DNA of 64,000 nucleotides, from NCBI GenBank assembly GCA_017463245.1, contig JAFTPN010000017.1, positions 88,422 to 152,421 on the forward strand, given 5' to 3'. The stretch comes from Clostridia bacterium. Its GTDB lineage: Bacteria; Bacillota; Clostridia; Christensenellales; Aristaeellaceae. Positions 15,418 to 25,347 of the stretch are shown here, in pieces. Each line of letters opens with the position of its first letter. The stretch's first letter is position 1. The position numbers and the translations under genes are program-made. Below the pieces are notes generated by a model that did not search any database, had not been told where the DNA came from, and saw nothing but the letters and a program-made list of their open reading frames with translations.

Positions 15418-17631
15418 TTATTTTGCAGCAAGCAGCGGCGTGACTTCGCCCGTGGCCAGCACCCGCAGCCGGTGCAGGGGGCGGGTGAGCATCACATACA
15501 GCATCCTGCACAGGAAGGGATCATCCGCAAATTCCGTACTGCTGGCGTTGCACACGGCCACGCAGTCGAATTCCAGCCCCTTCACCATGGCCGCGGGCAG
15601 GATCAGCACACCGCCCTGGTAGTCCGTGTCGTCCTCCTTCATCAGGCGCACGGGCAGGTCGTTTTTCAGCAATTTGTAGAGGTGCTCCGCCCCGGCGCGG
15701 GTCTTTTCGATCAGCGCAATGGTGTGGTAGCCTTCCTCCAGCCAGGCCTTGACCTGCTGGCGCAAGGCGGCATAGCGCTCCTTGTCGGTGGTGTAGACGG
15801 TGACGGTGGGTTCCTCCCCATAGCGCAGCACAGGGCGGGCGGTCTGCTGCCCCGGCACGGGATGACGGGCGGCCACCCGGCTGGCCAGGGTCATAATTTC
15901 GACGGTGTTGCGGTAGCTGGTCACCAGCTGCAGCAGCGTGGCTTCGCCGCCGAATACCGGCTCCATCCATTGTCGGTAGTCGCTGATGCCCTCTTCCTCG
16001 TGGATGCCCTGCATCAGATCGCCCACCAGGGTGAAGGTGGCGGCGGGGTACTGCTCGTGGAGCAGCGCCAGCTGGTAGGGGGAGAAGTCCTGGCACTCGT
16101 CCATCACGATGTGGCGCAGGGGCTTCTTCGGCAATCCATACACCGCCTGGCAGATGCTGCACAGCGCCGCCAGATCCTCCTGCTGCACCCGCTTCTTGTC
16201 CAGCAGGGGCAGGGTGGCCTCCTGCACGGCCTGGGATTCGTGCCGCATCAGGTAGGTGCGGTACACCGTCAAAAGCGACAGGTCGGGGAACAGGCTGGGG
16301 AACTCCTTCAGGTATTGCTTGGCGCGCTGGTCGATCTCCGCCATGCGGTCGTCCCGGCTCTGAAGAAGCTTCCGGGCGCGGGCGCGGCGCTCCTCGCCAT
16401 CGGGCAGGGAGGAAAGCAGCAGCGTCAGGCGATCCTGCGCCATCTTGTCCATGGCGGCTTTCATGGCCTCGGCCACCTGCAAAAGCCGCTTCTTGATGTA
16501 CTTTTTCAGTTCGTCGATGCGCTGCGCCAGGGGGAAGGGGCGCAGCTGCTTGAGGAAGATGTCCTGCACCTCCTCCGGCGTATACAGGGTATGCCCGCCG
16601 AAGCGCAGGCCATTGGAAGGCAGGATCTCTGCCTGGTAGCCATCGAGGAAAGCCTCGATGCTGCGCTTCATGTCCAGGGAGGCCTTGCGGCGCAGCACCT
16701 CGCCCATGGCGGCGCGGGAAGCCTCGGTGCCGGTGAGCTTTTCTTCCAGGCGGCTGACCAGCTGCATCCTGGGGGCGTGCTTGCCCATCCAGCTCTGGCA
16801 CAGCCCGGCGAAGGTGGTCTGGATCACCCGCTCCACGCCCAGGTCGGGCAGGACCTGGGAGATGTAGCTGAGGAACAGCGGGTTGGGGGCGAGGATCATC
16901 ATCTGCTCCGGGCGCAGGGTGTCGCGGAAGGCATAGAGCAGCCAGGCGATGCGGTGCAGGGCGATGGTGGTCTTGCCGCTGCCGGCCACACCCTGCACAA
17001 TGAGGTTCTGCCGCAGGGGATGGCGGATCACCAGGTTCTGCTCGGCCTGAATGGTGGTGACGATCTCCTTCAGCCTGTCGGAGCTGACGGAACCCAGCAC
17101 ACCCTGCAAATAGGCGTCCTGGCTCACCACGCCGCTGTCGAACAGGGAAATGAGCCGCTCGCCTTCCACGGTGAGCATACGCTTCAGGGTCAGTTCGCCC
17201 CGCACCTTGCCGTCGGGGGCCTCGTAGTCCATGGGACCCACCTGGCCGGAGTAGTACAGGTTGGCCACGGGGGAGCGCCAGTCGGCCACCACCACATCCA
17301 GGGTGGAGGTGTCGTGTACGCCCCAGCGACCCAGGTAGTGGGTCTCAGGCGCGCCGCCCTCCGGGGTGAAGTCCAGGTGGGCGAAGTACGCCTGCCTGCG
17401 GGAGCGTGCCAGGTTGTGCAGGGTGTCCACCTTCATGCGAAGGATGTCCATCATCACCTGCTCGTCCATGGTGGCGTCGGCAGGAACCACAATGATGCGC
17501 TCCTCCTCCGCGCCCACGCCGGTGTCCTTTTCCAGTTTGTCGATCTCTCGCTGTACGGTTTGGCACACCTGTGCCAGATGCTGCGCCTCTGCCAGGCTCT
17601 CCGGATGATCGGGTAAAACGTAGGGTTCCAT
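15418..17631 (-). CDS. helD: UvrD-like SF1 helicase of the HelD / helicase IV type
   Basis: 737 aa. Walker A motif in VQGVAGSGKTTIALHRIAWLLY, a long N-terminal non-helicase region, and C-terminal UvrD_C-like ...LKGLEFDCVAV.... GAAGGAGGAAC RBS. Confidence 0.75.
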   Translation of the reverse strand: MEPYVLPDHPESLAEAQHLAQVCQTVQREIDKLEKDTGVGAEEERIIVVPADATMDEQVMMDILRMKVDTLHNLARSRRQAYFAHLDFTPEGGAPETHYLGRWGVHDTSTLDVVVADWRSPVANLYYSGQVGPMDYEAPDGKVRGELTLKRMLTVEGERLISLFDSGVVSQDAYLQGVLGSVSSDRLKEIVTTIQAEQNLVIRHPLRQNLIVQGVAGSGKTTIALHRIAWLLYAFRDTLRPEQMMILAPNPLFLSYISQVLPDLGVERVIQTTFAGLCQSWMGKHAPRMQLVSRLEEKLTGTEASRAAMGEVLRRKASLDMKRSIEAFLDGYQAEILPSNGLRFGGHTLYTPEEVQDIFLKQLRPFPLAQRIDELKKYIKKRLLQVAEAMKAAMDKMAQDRLTLLLSSLPDGEERRARARKLLQSRDDRMAEIDQRAKQYLKEFPSLFPDLSLLTVYRTYLMRHESQAVQEATLPLLDKKRVQQEDLAALCSICQAVYGLPKKPLRHIVMDECQDFSPYQLALLHEQYPAATFTLVGDLMQGIHEEEGISDYRQWMEPVFGGEATLLQLVTSYRNTVEIMTLASRVAARHPVPGQQTARPVLRYGEEPTVTVYTTDKERYAALRQQVKAWLEEGYHTIALIEKTRAGAEHLYKLLKNDLPVRLMKEDDTDYQGGVLILPAAMVKGLEFDCVAVCNASSTEFADDPFLCRMLYVMLTRPLHRLRVLATGEVTPLLAAK

Positions 17632-17730
17632 GTTCCTCCTTCTTCCGGCAGGGTATACAAAAAGCCCCTGCCCTTCATCTAATGAATTCGCAGAGGCTTA
17701 CATCAAGCTGCAAGCGTGTGTTGTGGAGGT

Positions 17731-17759
17731 ATTGTAACAGAAAAGAGAGTTATTGTCAA
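17731..17759 (-). promoter_or_regulatory. strong candidate promoter of helD
   Basis: Minus strand: TTGACA (17759-17754), 17-nt spacer, TACAAT (17736-17731). The leader is about 95 nt and contains a GGCAGGG...CCCTGCC hairpin. Confidence 0.6.
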
Positions 17760-17760
17760 G

Positions 17761-18036
17761 GACGCAGAGGGCTCTGCCCTCTGCACTCCCGCTTAAGGGT
17801 CTTCGACCCTTAAGAATCCCATTCGGGGTGGGCGTTTCGGACGCACATAAGCAGGGGTCACGCCGCGGGGTCTTCGACCCGTTTCATGGGCGCGCCGCGA
17901 CGCGGATAAAGCAGCCAAAAGCCTCCCTCCCCGAGGGAGGTGGCAGCCGCTTGCGGCTGACGGAAGGAGTGGTTCTGCCACTTGCTCCAATGCCATACTT
18001 CCTTGGCACCTGTAGGGGCGATCTGCGATCGCCCGC
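17761..18036 (-). repeat. hairpin-train (F1) mosaic element, inverted copy, ending in a single REP hairpin
   Basis: On the plus strand it contains GCAGAGGGCTCTGCCCTCTGC, GGGTCTTCGACCC (twice), CGCGACGCG, CCTCCCTCCCCGAGGGAGG, CAGCCGCTTGCGGCTGAC, GGAGTGGTTCTGCC and GTAGGGGCGATCTGCGATCGCCCG (18012-18036). This is the reverse order and orientation of the copies at 3342, 6347, 18900 and 48413. No heptamer array. Confidence 0.8.
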
Positions 18037-18103
18037 GGCGCTGCACAAAATGCCAAGCAGGCAGATGATGCAATGTGCGCAGCCAGGGGGCTGCTGCGGA
18101 GAT

Positions 18104-18832
18104 TTACTTCTTCATCGCGAACCCGTAGATACCGATAGCCGCTGCGATAGACAGATTCAGCGAATCGATCTTCTCGTTGCTGGGGATGCGCACGGGCTGG
18201 CCTTTGTGGGCAAACTCGGCGGGGAGACCGCTGCCCTCGTTGCCGAAGACCAGCGTCCAGCGGGCGGGGATGGGCTCGGCCAGCACATCGGGCAGGGAGC
18301 GGGAGCCGTCCAGCATAAAGGGATACAGCGCCCGGTCGGGATGCTCGGCCTGGTAGTCCTCGAAGGTGTCGTAGACCTTTACCCGCAGGGAGAACAGGCT
18401 GCCCATGCTGGCACGCACCACCCGGGGATCGAACACATCCACACAGGGGCGAATGAGGGCGATATCCTCCACGCCAAAGCCCAGGGCGGTGCGCAGAATG
18501 GTGCCCACGTTGCCCTGATCGGACGGGTTGTGCAGCACCACATGGGGGACATCTGCGGCCAGGGCATCGCTGAACTTGCTGAACACGGCGGCGGCAAAGC
18601 AGTTCTCCTTGCCGGAAATGCGGCTCAGCGCCTTATCGGCGATCTCCACGCGGACGTGGAGCTGTTCCGCCAGCGCGGTGAGCATCTGGGCGGCCTCGGT
18701 TCCTTCAGCCTTGGAGTGCAAAAGCACCCGGCGAGCGCAATCGGGGCGGTGGAGCAGGCACTCCATGGCGGGGAAAGCGCCGGGGGCGTAGCCGTAGTCC
18801 AGGTCGGATTTGTAAGGGGCGAGTGAAGGCAT
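18104..18832 (-). CDS. SpoU/TrmH-family RNA 2'-O-methyltransferase
   Basis: Track ORF trimmed to ATG 18832 (MPSLAPYKSDLDYGY...). SpoU motifs are present: ...LHNPSDQGNVGTILRTALGFGV..., ...LVFGNEGSGLP... and ...IPSNEKIDSLNLSIAAAIGIY.... Confidence 0.85.
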   Translation of the reverse strand: MPSLAPYKSDLDYGYAPGAFPAMECLLHRPDCARRVLLHSKAEGTEAAQMLTALAEQLHVRVEIADKALSRISGKENCFAAAVFSKFSDALAADVPHVVLHNPSDQGNVGTILRTALGFGVEDIALIRPCVDVFDPRVVRASMGSLFSLRVKVYDTFEDYQAEHPDRALYPFMLDGSRSLPDVLAEPIPARWTLVFGNEGSGLPAEFAHKGQPVRIPSNEKIDSLNLSIAAAIGIYGFAMKK

Positions 18833-18899
18833 GGTGGTTCCCTCCTGTTCGGGGAGATTATAGCATATTTTTGGGCGGGTGGAAAGAGCGGGGGGAGAG

Positions 18900-19177
18900 A
18901 ATTCGGAATTCGGAATGCGGAATGCGGAATTGAGAGTGTGGCACCCAATCCCTCCGTCAGCCGCAGGCGGCTGACACCTCCCTTTACACAAGGGAGGCTT
19001 TTGGGGTGCATAGCCTAACAATCCCCGCGTCGCGGCGCAACCGTATTTGCGCCGTGACCCCTGCAAAGGAAAAACCCATCTTCCAATACAGAAGATGGGT
19101 TTCGAAAGGGACGAAGTCCCTTCGCGGGTTGTCAGGGCAGCGCCCTGACCGGGAGTCCAGAGGGCAGCGCCCTCTGG
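18900..19177 (+). repeat. hairpin-train (F1) mosaic element with 4 heptamers and a terminator module
   Basis: AATTCGG AATTCGG AATGCGG AATGCGG AATTGAG AGTGTGG is followed by GTCAGCCG-CAGG-CGGCTGAC, CTCCCTTTACACAAGGGAG, CCGCGTCGCGG, AACCCATCTTC..GAAGATGGGTT, GGGACGAAGTCCC and CCAGAGGGCAGCGCCCTCTGG. The last hairpin ends 2 nt before the stop of the upstream ABC gene. Confidence 0.85.
19066..19102 (-). terminator. rho-independent terminator module inside the F1 element (ends the ABC exporter operon)
   Basis: The minus strand reads AACCCATCTTC-TGTATTG-GAAGATGGGTT followed by TTTTCCTTT. Confidence 0.7.
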
Positions 19178-19179
19178 CG

Positions 19180-20982
19180 TCACTCCACAAGACCCTGGTC
19201 TTTGGCTTGGGCGGTGTAGAGTTCGTAGTAGGCGCCGTGTTTGGCGAGGAGCTCGTCGTGGCTGCCGGATTCAAGGATGCCCTTGTTGGAGATGTAGAGG
19301 ATGCGGTCGCAGTTCTTGATGGTGGAGAGACGGTGGGCGATGATGAAGGAGGTACGGTTCTTCAAAAGCGCCTGGATGCCCTCCTGCAGGAGCTTCTCCG
19401 TTTTGGTGTCGATGGAGGAGGTGGCCTCGTCCAGGATCAGGATGCGGGGATCGCTGAGCAGGGTGCGGGCAAAGGATACCAGCTGCTTTTGCCCCTGGGA
19501 GAGGCGGTTGCCGCGCTCGTTCACGGTGGTCATGTAGCCCTGGGGCATTTCGCTGATGAAATCATCGGCGCGAACCATTTTGGCGGCGGTGCGGATCTCC
19601 TCCTCGGTGGCGTTCAGGCGGCCATAGCGGATGTTATCCATAATGGTGCCGGAGAAGATGAAGCTGTCCTGCAGCATAATGCCCAGCTGGTTGCGCAGGC
19701 TGTTCAGCGTGACCTCGGAGATATCGTAGGTCTTGCCGTTTTCATCCGTGAGGGTGATGGAGCCGCTGTTCAGGTTATAGAAGCGGCAGAGCAGGTTGAC
19801 CACGGTACTCTTGCCAGCGCCGGTGGGACCCACCAGGGCGATGCTCTCGCCAGCCTTCACATGCAGGTCGAAATGCTCCAGCACGTGGATGCCCTCTTCA
19901 TAGCCGAAGGTCACATCGTTGAAGTGGACTTCGCCGGTGATGTCGGGCAGGCGAGCAGCGTTCTCCTTGTCGTCCACCACCACGGGCTCGTCCATGGTCT
20001 CGAAGATGCGCTCCAGGTAGGCCAGGTTGTTGACGAAGGAGTTGTAGATGTTGGCCAGGTTGGTGATGGGCTGCCAGAAGCGGCCGACATACTGACCCAT
20101 GGCCAGGATCACGCCGAAGGACACAATGGCGCCGCCCATCCAGTAAACACCGGCGGTGTACATCACCGTGAAGACCACCTGGGTGATCATTTCAGAGGTG
20201 AACCACACGCTGTTGGAAATGTACACAGCCTTCATCCAGGCGGCGCGGCAGGCAATGGCCAGGCGCTCCATGATGGAGCGGTTCACATCCTGGCGGGCAA
20301 AGAGCTGGCTGACGCGAACGCCGTCGATGGACTCGGCCAGGTAGGCATTGTAGTTGGAGTTCTTGTTGCTCTGGTTCTGCCAGGCCTTGCGCTGGCGGGG
20401 TTTCAGATACCAGATGAAGGCTGCAAACACCGGCAGGCCGGCAATGACGATGGTGGCCAGGGTGACATTGGTGGAATACATGAACACCACGATGAAGATC
20501 AGGTTGATGATCTCCAGAATGGAGTTGATGATGCCGTTGGACAGGATGTCCGAAACGGAGTTGACGTAGTTGATGACGCGCACCAGGATCTTTCCGGCGG
20601 GGCGGCTGTCATAATAGGAGAAGGGCAGGCGCTGCAGGTGGGCAAAGAGATCCTTGCGGATATCGTAGATGATCTCCTGGCTCACGTGCGCCATGATGCG
20701 GGAGCGGATGACCGTGAACACGATGCTCAGGCCAATGATGCCCAGGAAGAGGATGGCCATTTTGCCCAGCATGGCCATGTCCTTGTTGGGCACGGCTTCG
20801 TCCATGACCCATTGGGTGATCTTGGGCACGAACAGACCGGCCACGGAGGCGCAGGCGGAAAGCAGCAGCGCCAGGAGCATTTTCACCTTGTGCTTGCTGA
20901 TGTACTTGAAGGCGCGCTTGAGGTGACCCAGGTCAAACGGGGACTCCAGACTCTCGTCAACGTCGAACTTATTGCGAGCCAT
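19180..20982 (-). CDS. ABC exporter, fused permease/ATPase (heterodimer partner B)
   Basis: 600 aa: six-TM N-terminal half, Walker A GPTGAGKST, signature LSQGQKQ, Walker B ILILDEATS. Confidence 0.9.
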   Translation of the reverse strand: MARNKFDVDESLESPFDLGHLKRAFKYISKHKVKMLLALLLSACASVAGLFVPKITQWVMDEAVPNKDMAMLGKMAILFLGIIGLSIVFTVIRSRIMAHVSQEIIYDIRKDLFAHLQRLPFSYYDSRPAGKILVRVINYVNSVSDILSNGIINSILEIINLIFIVVFMYSTNVTLATIVIAGLPVFAAFIWYLKPRQRKAWQNQSNKNSNYNAYLAESIDGVRVSQLFARQDVNRSIMERLAIACRAAWMKAVYISNSVWFTSEMITQVVFTVMYTAGVYWMGGAIVSFGVILAMGQYVGRFWQPITNLANIYNSFVNNLAYLERIFETMDEPVVVDDKENAARLPDITGEVHFNDVTFGYEEGIHVLEHFDLHVKAGESIALVGPTGAGKSTVVNLLCRFYNLNSGSITLTDENGKTYDISEVTLNSLRNQLGIMLQDSFIFSGTIMDNIRYGRLNATEEEIRTAAKMVRADDFISEMPQGYMTTVNERGNRLSQGQKQLVSFARTLLSDPRILILDEATSSIDTKTEKLLQEGIQALLKNRTSFIIAHRLSTIKNCDRILYISNKGILESGSHDELLAKHGAYYELYTAQAKDQGLVE

Positions 20983-22727
20983 TAGGCGATCCCCCCTTCG
21001 TACTCAATGCCGTTCTGGAGGCAGTAGGTCTCATAGTAGTAGCCGTGGTTCTTCAAAAGCTCCTGGTGGGTGCCGCGCTCGGCAATGGCGCCGCTGCGGT
21101 CAAGGACAATGATCTGGTCGGCGTCCTTCACCGAGGAGATGCGCTGGGCGATGATGAGCTTGGTGCAATCGTAGGGCAGGGTCTTCAGCTGCTGCTGGAT
21201 GTACTGCTCGGTCTCCATGTCCACGGCGGAGGTGGTGTCGTCCATGATGAGGATGCCCGGGCGCATGGCCAGGGCGCGTGCCAGGGCAATGCGCTGGCGC
21301 TGACCGCCGGAAAGACCCACGCCGCGCTCGCCGATGATGGTGTCATACCCCTCCGGCAGCTTGGTGATGAAGTCGTCCGCAGCGGCACGGTTGGCAAAGT
21401 CGCGGACTTCCTCGAAGGTCAGCTCCTGATTGCCAAAGGCCACATTGCCCTCGGCGGTATCGGAGAAGAGGAACACATCCTGAATGGCGGTGCCGATGCC
21501 GCCGCGCAGCTCCTGGAGCTTCCACTTGCGCACATTGCAGTCGTCCACCAGAATTTCGCCCTGCTTCACATCGTAGAAGCGTGCCAGCAGCTGGATGATG
21601 GTGGTTTTGCCCGAGCCCGTGGGACCCATGATGGCCACGGTCTCGCCGGGGTTGGCGGTGAAGGAGATATCCCGCAGCACGTCCTGCCCGTCGTAGGCGA
21701 AGGACACATTGCGGAACTCCACCTTGCCCTGGAGCTTCTCGTGGGGCACGGCGCACTCGCTGTCCACAATGGAGGGCTTGCCCAGATCCATTTCCATGAT
21801 CTTGTTGGCGCAGGTGGTGAAGCGCTGGAAATCGTTGAGCAGGTTGCCCAGCATACGCATGGGGTTGGCCAGCGCCCAGCTCAGGCTGGTGAAGATGGTC
21901 AGTTCGCCGGGGGTCAGTTCGCCCTGGATCATGAACAAGCCGCCCAGGAACACGGTGATCAGCGTCATGGCGTTGGCCAGGATCTCGATGAAGGGGTAGA
22001 AGCTGAGCCAGAGCTTGTTGATGGCCAGGTGAGAATCGCGGAAGGCGGCGGAGCGCTGGTCGAAGGCTTCCTTCTCGTGCTCCTCCCGGGCAAAGGCCTT
22101 CACCACCCGGTTGCCGGCAATGTTCTCCTGGGCGGCGGTGTTCATCTCGCTCAGCTTGTCGCGCATGTTGATGAACAGCTGGCGCACCTTCTTGGAATAC
22201 ACCTTGGTGATGATCATCAAAAGCGGCGTCACGCACACCAGTGCCAGCGCCAGCTTCCAGTTGACGAAGAAGAAGTAGATGGAGGTGGACAGGAACATGA
22301 TCACGCTGTCCACGGCGGCATAATCGATATAGGAAAGGAAATGACGGCACCAGTCCGTATCGGCGGACATACGGGTCATCAGATCGCCGGTGCGGTGGGT
22401 GTCGAAAAAGCGCATGTCCTGATACTGCAATTTGGTAAACAGCCGGGTGCGCAGGTTGAACATGGTATTCTGGCTGGTCTTTTCCAGGGAGATCACCATG
22501 TAGTAGCGCATACATTCGCGCACGACCTTAAAGCCCAGCATCGTCAGCAAAATGGGCATCAGGGGATCGGGATTCTGCGCCACGATGACCTCGTCCACCA
22601 GTCGGGAGGTCAGGGTGGGGTTGATCAGCAGCATCACCGAGGTGACCGCGCTGATGATCAGCGCAATGATGTGCTTTCTGTGGAACGATTTGTCCATCAC
22701 CGACCACAGCCATTTGATCTGCTGCAT
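20982..22727 (-). CDS. ABC exporter, fused permease/ATPase (heterodimer partner A)
   Basis: Trimmed to ATG 22727 (MQQIKWLWSVMDK...), with GGAGGA 7 nt upstream. Walker A GPTGSGKTT, signature LSGGQRQ, Walker B ILIMDDTTS. The stop overlaps the start of the downstream partner. Confidence 0.9.
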   Translation of the reverse strand: MQQIKWLWSVMDKSFHRKHIIALIISAVTSVMLLINPTLTSRLVDEVIVAQNPDPLMPILLTMLGFKVVRECMRYYMVISLEKTSQNTMFNLRTRLFTKLQYQDMRFFDTHRTGDLMTRMSADTDWCRHFLSYIDYAAVDSVIMFLSTSIYFFFVNWKLALALVCVTPLLMIITKVYSKKVRQLFINMRDKLSEMNTAAQENIAGNRVVKAFAREEHEKEAFDQRSAAFRDSHLAINKLWLSFYPFIEILANAMTLITVFLGGLFMIQGELTPGELTIFTSLSWALANPMRMLGNLLNDFQRFTTCANKIMEMDLGKPSIVDSECAVPHEKLQGKVEFRNVSFAYDGQDVLRDISFTANPGETVAIMGPTGSGKTTIIQLLARFYDVKQGEILVDDCNVRKWKLQELRGGIGTAIQDVFLFSDTAEGNVAFGNQELTFEEVRDFANRAAADDFITKLPEGYDTIIGERGVGLSGGQRQRIALARALAMRPGILIMDDTTSAVDMETEQYIQQQLKTLPYDCTKLIIAQRISSVKDADQIIVLDRSGAIAERGTHQELLKNHGYYYETYCLQNGIEYEGGIA

Positions 22728-22853
22728 ACGTACATCCTCCACAAAATAATTTGCAGTATTTGGATTGATTGAGAAGTATAGCACAACATGGTTGCAGGTG
22801 CAACGACCTGGATGGGAAAGTTAATGACCGTTTGGGAAATGCTGCGGAGTCGT

Positions 22854-23023
22854 CCAAGTGGCAGAGCCACTTGGACGAGGGTTGCGCTCCGTCGCTGTGG
22901 GCTAAAGCCCACGGCCGCTCCTTCGCGTAAGGAAAGTTTTCAGCAGAGCTGAAAACGACCCGCCCCGCCGGGAAACCCGGCGGATACGATTGCAGTCGGA
23001 GGGTTTGCGAACCCTCCGACACC
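22854..23023 (+). repeat. F3 multi-hairpin repeat, copy 2
   Basis: CCAAGTGGCAGAGCCACTTGG ACGAGGGTTGCGCTCCGTCGCTGTGGGCTAAAGCCCACGG...GTTTTCAGCAGAGCTGAAAAC...CCGCCGGGAAACCCGGCGGATACGATTGCAGTCGGAGGGTTTGCGAACCCTCCGACACC is colinear with copies 1 and 3. Confidence 0.8.
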
Positions 23024-23078
23024 ACCCGGGGATTTGCGTTCCTACTGGAGGTTGGGAATATTGCATCTATATGCAAAT

Positions 23079-23169
23079 GTAGGGGCGAACTGTGTTCGCC
23101 CGCCACGCTGCATCCTCTGCCTTCTGGGCAAATGGTGCCACGCCGCGGGCGATCACAGATCGCCCCTAC
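23079..23169. repeat. REP doublet (REPIN-like inverted pair)
   Basis: GTAGGGGCGAACTGTGTTCGCCCGC (23079-23103) and its inverted partner GCGGGCGATCACAGATCGCCCCTAC (23145-23169), separated by about 40 nt. Confidence 0.8.
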
Positions 23170-23178
23170 ACGGTTGCG

Positions 23179-23940
23179 TTAGTATTTTGCTTTGATCTGT
23201 GCCGCCACAAAGGAGGCAATGTTCTCCTTCCAGCCGTCGTCGGGATGCACCTCGCCGTGCTCCTTGGCGATCAGCCGGGAGAAGCCGCTCTCGTAGAAGC
23301 TGTCGATGACCTTCACCCCCAGGGCGCGGCATACCTTCACGATGATGTCGCGCTTGAGCAGCGCGGTCTCGTAGCTCATCCAGGGCATATCCGTCCAGGT
23401 CTGCAGGGGCGTGGCCACAAACAGCTGGGCATAGGGGAAGGCGCTTTGCAGCGTTTCGATGGCCCAGCGCAGGGCGGAGGCCATGCTGTTGCGGGTCAGC
23501 TCGCGGTAGGGCTGGCGCAGCACCGCTTCTGTGTCGTCCACGGGGGTGTTGTAGGGCTGGTTGCCATCGTTGGTGGAAATGGCAATGTAGAGGATATCCG
23601 GCACGGTGCCGTCCCCGGTGCCAAGGATGCCTTCTAATTGGAAGGAACCGTCCATCGGGTGCCGCCAGCAGACGGTTTCCCCCTGGGGCGTGGCAGCCTG
23701 CAAAAGGCGGCGCACCTGGTTGGAAAGCACGTTGTCGGCGGTGTTGGTGTTGGGCGGCTCAACGAGGGTGACGGGGGTGATGTTGATATCCCCATCGTGC
23801 CAGTCGGTGCAGGTGGCGTAGCCGCAGGCGAAGTTGCCCAGCAGGCGGGCGTTCAGCTTGCGAGCCACCACCGTGCCGATGCCCGTCACCTGGTCGGAGG
23901 TGATGCTGTCGCCCATGCAGGCAAAGACCGGGCGGCTCAT
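23179..23940 (-). CDS. SGNH/GDSL-family hydrolase (esterase)
   Basis: Trimmed to ATG 23940 (MSRPVFACMGDSITSD...), which contains the GDS(L) block I. The start overlaps the stop of the upstream GH27 gene (ATGA). Confidence 0.7.
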   Translation of the reverse strand: MSRPVFACMGDSITSDQVTGIGTVVARKLNARLLGNFACGYATCTDWHDGDINITPVTLVEPPNTNTADNVLSNQVRRLLQAATPQGETVCWRHPMDGSFQLEGILGTGDGTVPDILYIAISTNDGNQPYNTPVDDTEAVLRQPYRELTRNSMASALRWAIETLQSAFPYAQLFVATPLQTWTDMPWMSYETALLKRDIIVKVCRALGVKVIDSFYESGFSRLIAKEHGEVHPDDGWKENIASFVAAQIKAKY

Positions 23941-25184
23941 GCTTCCTCCACGAACCACACGGCAGCGTCGTGGGCGTTCAGCGTGGCGGCGAGCTTCTTG
24001 CCCTTCTTGCCAGACCACAGCTCTGTGGCGGACTTGATGCCGCTAAGACCAGCCTCGGCAGCGTCCAGGCTCAGCTTGCGCTTCTTGTCGCTCAGGTTGA
24101 ACAGGGCGACATACACACCCTTGCCATCCTTGCGGGGGGCAACCCAGGCGGAAGCCTCATCGGTGGTGTACAGGGGATGGGCGCACCAGGTGGTCTTCTG
24201 AATTTCCAGCAGGGGGGCGTTGGTCAGCAGCTCCAGGGTGAAGACATCGTTCTTGGTCATTTCCGCGCCGATCATCAGCGGGGAGCGCATCATGCACCAC
24301 AGAGTCATCATGGTGCGCTGCTCCTCCTGGGTAAAGGCCGTCCAGTCGTTGCCGCCATAGCATTGGCGCAGGGCGCCCACGGGCAGCATATCCGCATCGG
24401 GCCAATGGCCGGGGCCAGCGTGGATGCACCACTTCTCCGCCCGTTCGAACATAGCCTTGAGCAGCTCCCATTGATCCCAGAAGTCGTCGGTGATGCGCCA
24501 CATATTGGCGTAGGTCTTCAGATGCTCGGCTCTTTCGAGGGGAGCAGCGCCGGGGGAGAGGGACAGCACCATGTCCCGCCCGCAATTGCGGCAGGCGGTG
24601 GAGATCAGTTCGATCTCCCGCTGGCAATGGGGATATTCCCGGGCGATGTCGTCGCACTTCACATAGTCCACGCCCCACTGGGCATAGAGCTGGAAGATGC
24701 TGTTGTAGTAGGCCTGCGCCTCGGGCAGGTCGCACTTGAGGCCGTACATATCCGGGTTCCAGGCGCAGATGGAATTGGGGTTGGCCACCTGGCCGCAGTT
24801 CTTGTCGCAGTTCAGGATGGGCAGCTTCTGGTGGGCGGCCATGCGGGGCATGCCGCGCATGATGTGGATGCCGAACTTCAACCCAAGGCTGTGGATGTAA
24901 TCCGCCAGGGGCTTGAAGCCAGCGCCATTCGCTGCGCTGGGGAAGCGGTTCTCCGCGGGGAGCAGGCGGCCGTATTCATCCATGCACAGGGGCGCAAAGG
25001 GAACATATTCGTGGGTGGCGGCGGTGGGCTGATACCATTGGATATCCACCACGATGTACTCCCAGCCGTATGCCTTGAGGTTTTTTGCCATATAATCGGC
25101 ATTCTGCTTCACAATGTCTTCGGTCACAGCGGCGCCATAGCAGTCCCAGCTGTTCCAGCCCATGGGCGGGTATTGAGCGACCAT
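23937..25184 (-). CDS. GH27-family alpha-galactosidase
   Basis: Trimmed to ATG 25184 (MVAQYPPMGWNSWDCYG...), after an AAGGAGG RBS. PMGWNSW and the nucleophile region VDYVKCDD are typical of GH27. Confidence 0.8.
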   Translation of the reverse strand: MVAQYPPMGWNSWDCYGAAVTEDIVKQNADYMAKNLKAYGWEYIVVDIQWYQPTAATHEYVPFAPLCMDEYGRLLPAENRFPSAANGAGFKPLADYIHSLGLKFGIHIMRGMPRMAAHQKLPILNCDKNCGQVANPNSICAWNPDMYGLKCDLPEAQAYYNSIFQLYAQWGVDYVKCDDIAREYPHCQREIELISTACRNCGRDMVLSLSPGAAPLERAEHLKTYANMWRITDDFWDQWELLKAMFERAEKWCIHAGPGHWPDADMLPVGALRQCYGGNDWTAFTQEEQRTMMTLWCMMRSPLMIGAEMTKNDVFTLELLTNAPLLEIQKTTWCAHPLYTTDEASAWVAPRKDGKGVYVALFNLSDKKRKLSLDAAEAGLSGIKSATELWSGKKGKKLAATLNAHDAAVWFVEEA

Positions 25185-25224
25185 AAAAAGGATACCTCCT
25201 TGATGGAATTGTGCGGTGTAGGAA

Positions 25225-25253
25225 ATTATAGCATCTTTTTGCGGACGAAACAA
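25225..25253 (-). promoter_or_regulatory. candidate promoter of the GH27-SGNH operon
   Basis: Minus strand: TTGTTT (25253-25248), 17-nt spacer, TGcTATAAT (TATAAT at 25230-25225). Confidence 0.5.
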
Positions 25254-25274
25254 TCCGATTGTGCGCTTTTCATC

Positions 25275-25303
25275 TTTTCTTGCGGGGAACGATATGCTAT
25301 AAT
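25275..25303 (+). promoter_or_regulatory. candidate promoter of the GH51 gene
   Basis: Extended -10 TGcTATAAT (TATAAT at 25298-25303). The -35 (TTTTCT) is weak. Confidence 0.4.
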
Positions 25304-25347
25304 GACCGTGAAGCACGCGCCCATGGCGCACAAGCAAGGAGCGTACT

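Noticed and set aside
17632-17730. The ~95-nt helD leader with a GGCAGGG...CCCTGCC hairpin, considered as a riboswitch or attenuator.
   Set aside because: It is a single short hairpin that abuts the RBS region without a U-tail. There is no conserved aptamer-like architecture that I can recognise. I noted it only in the promoter feature.
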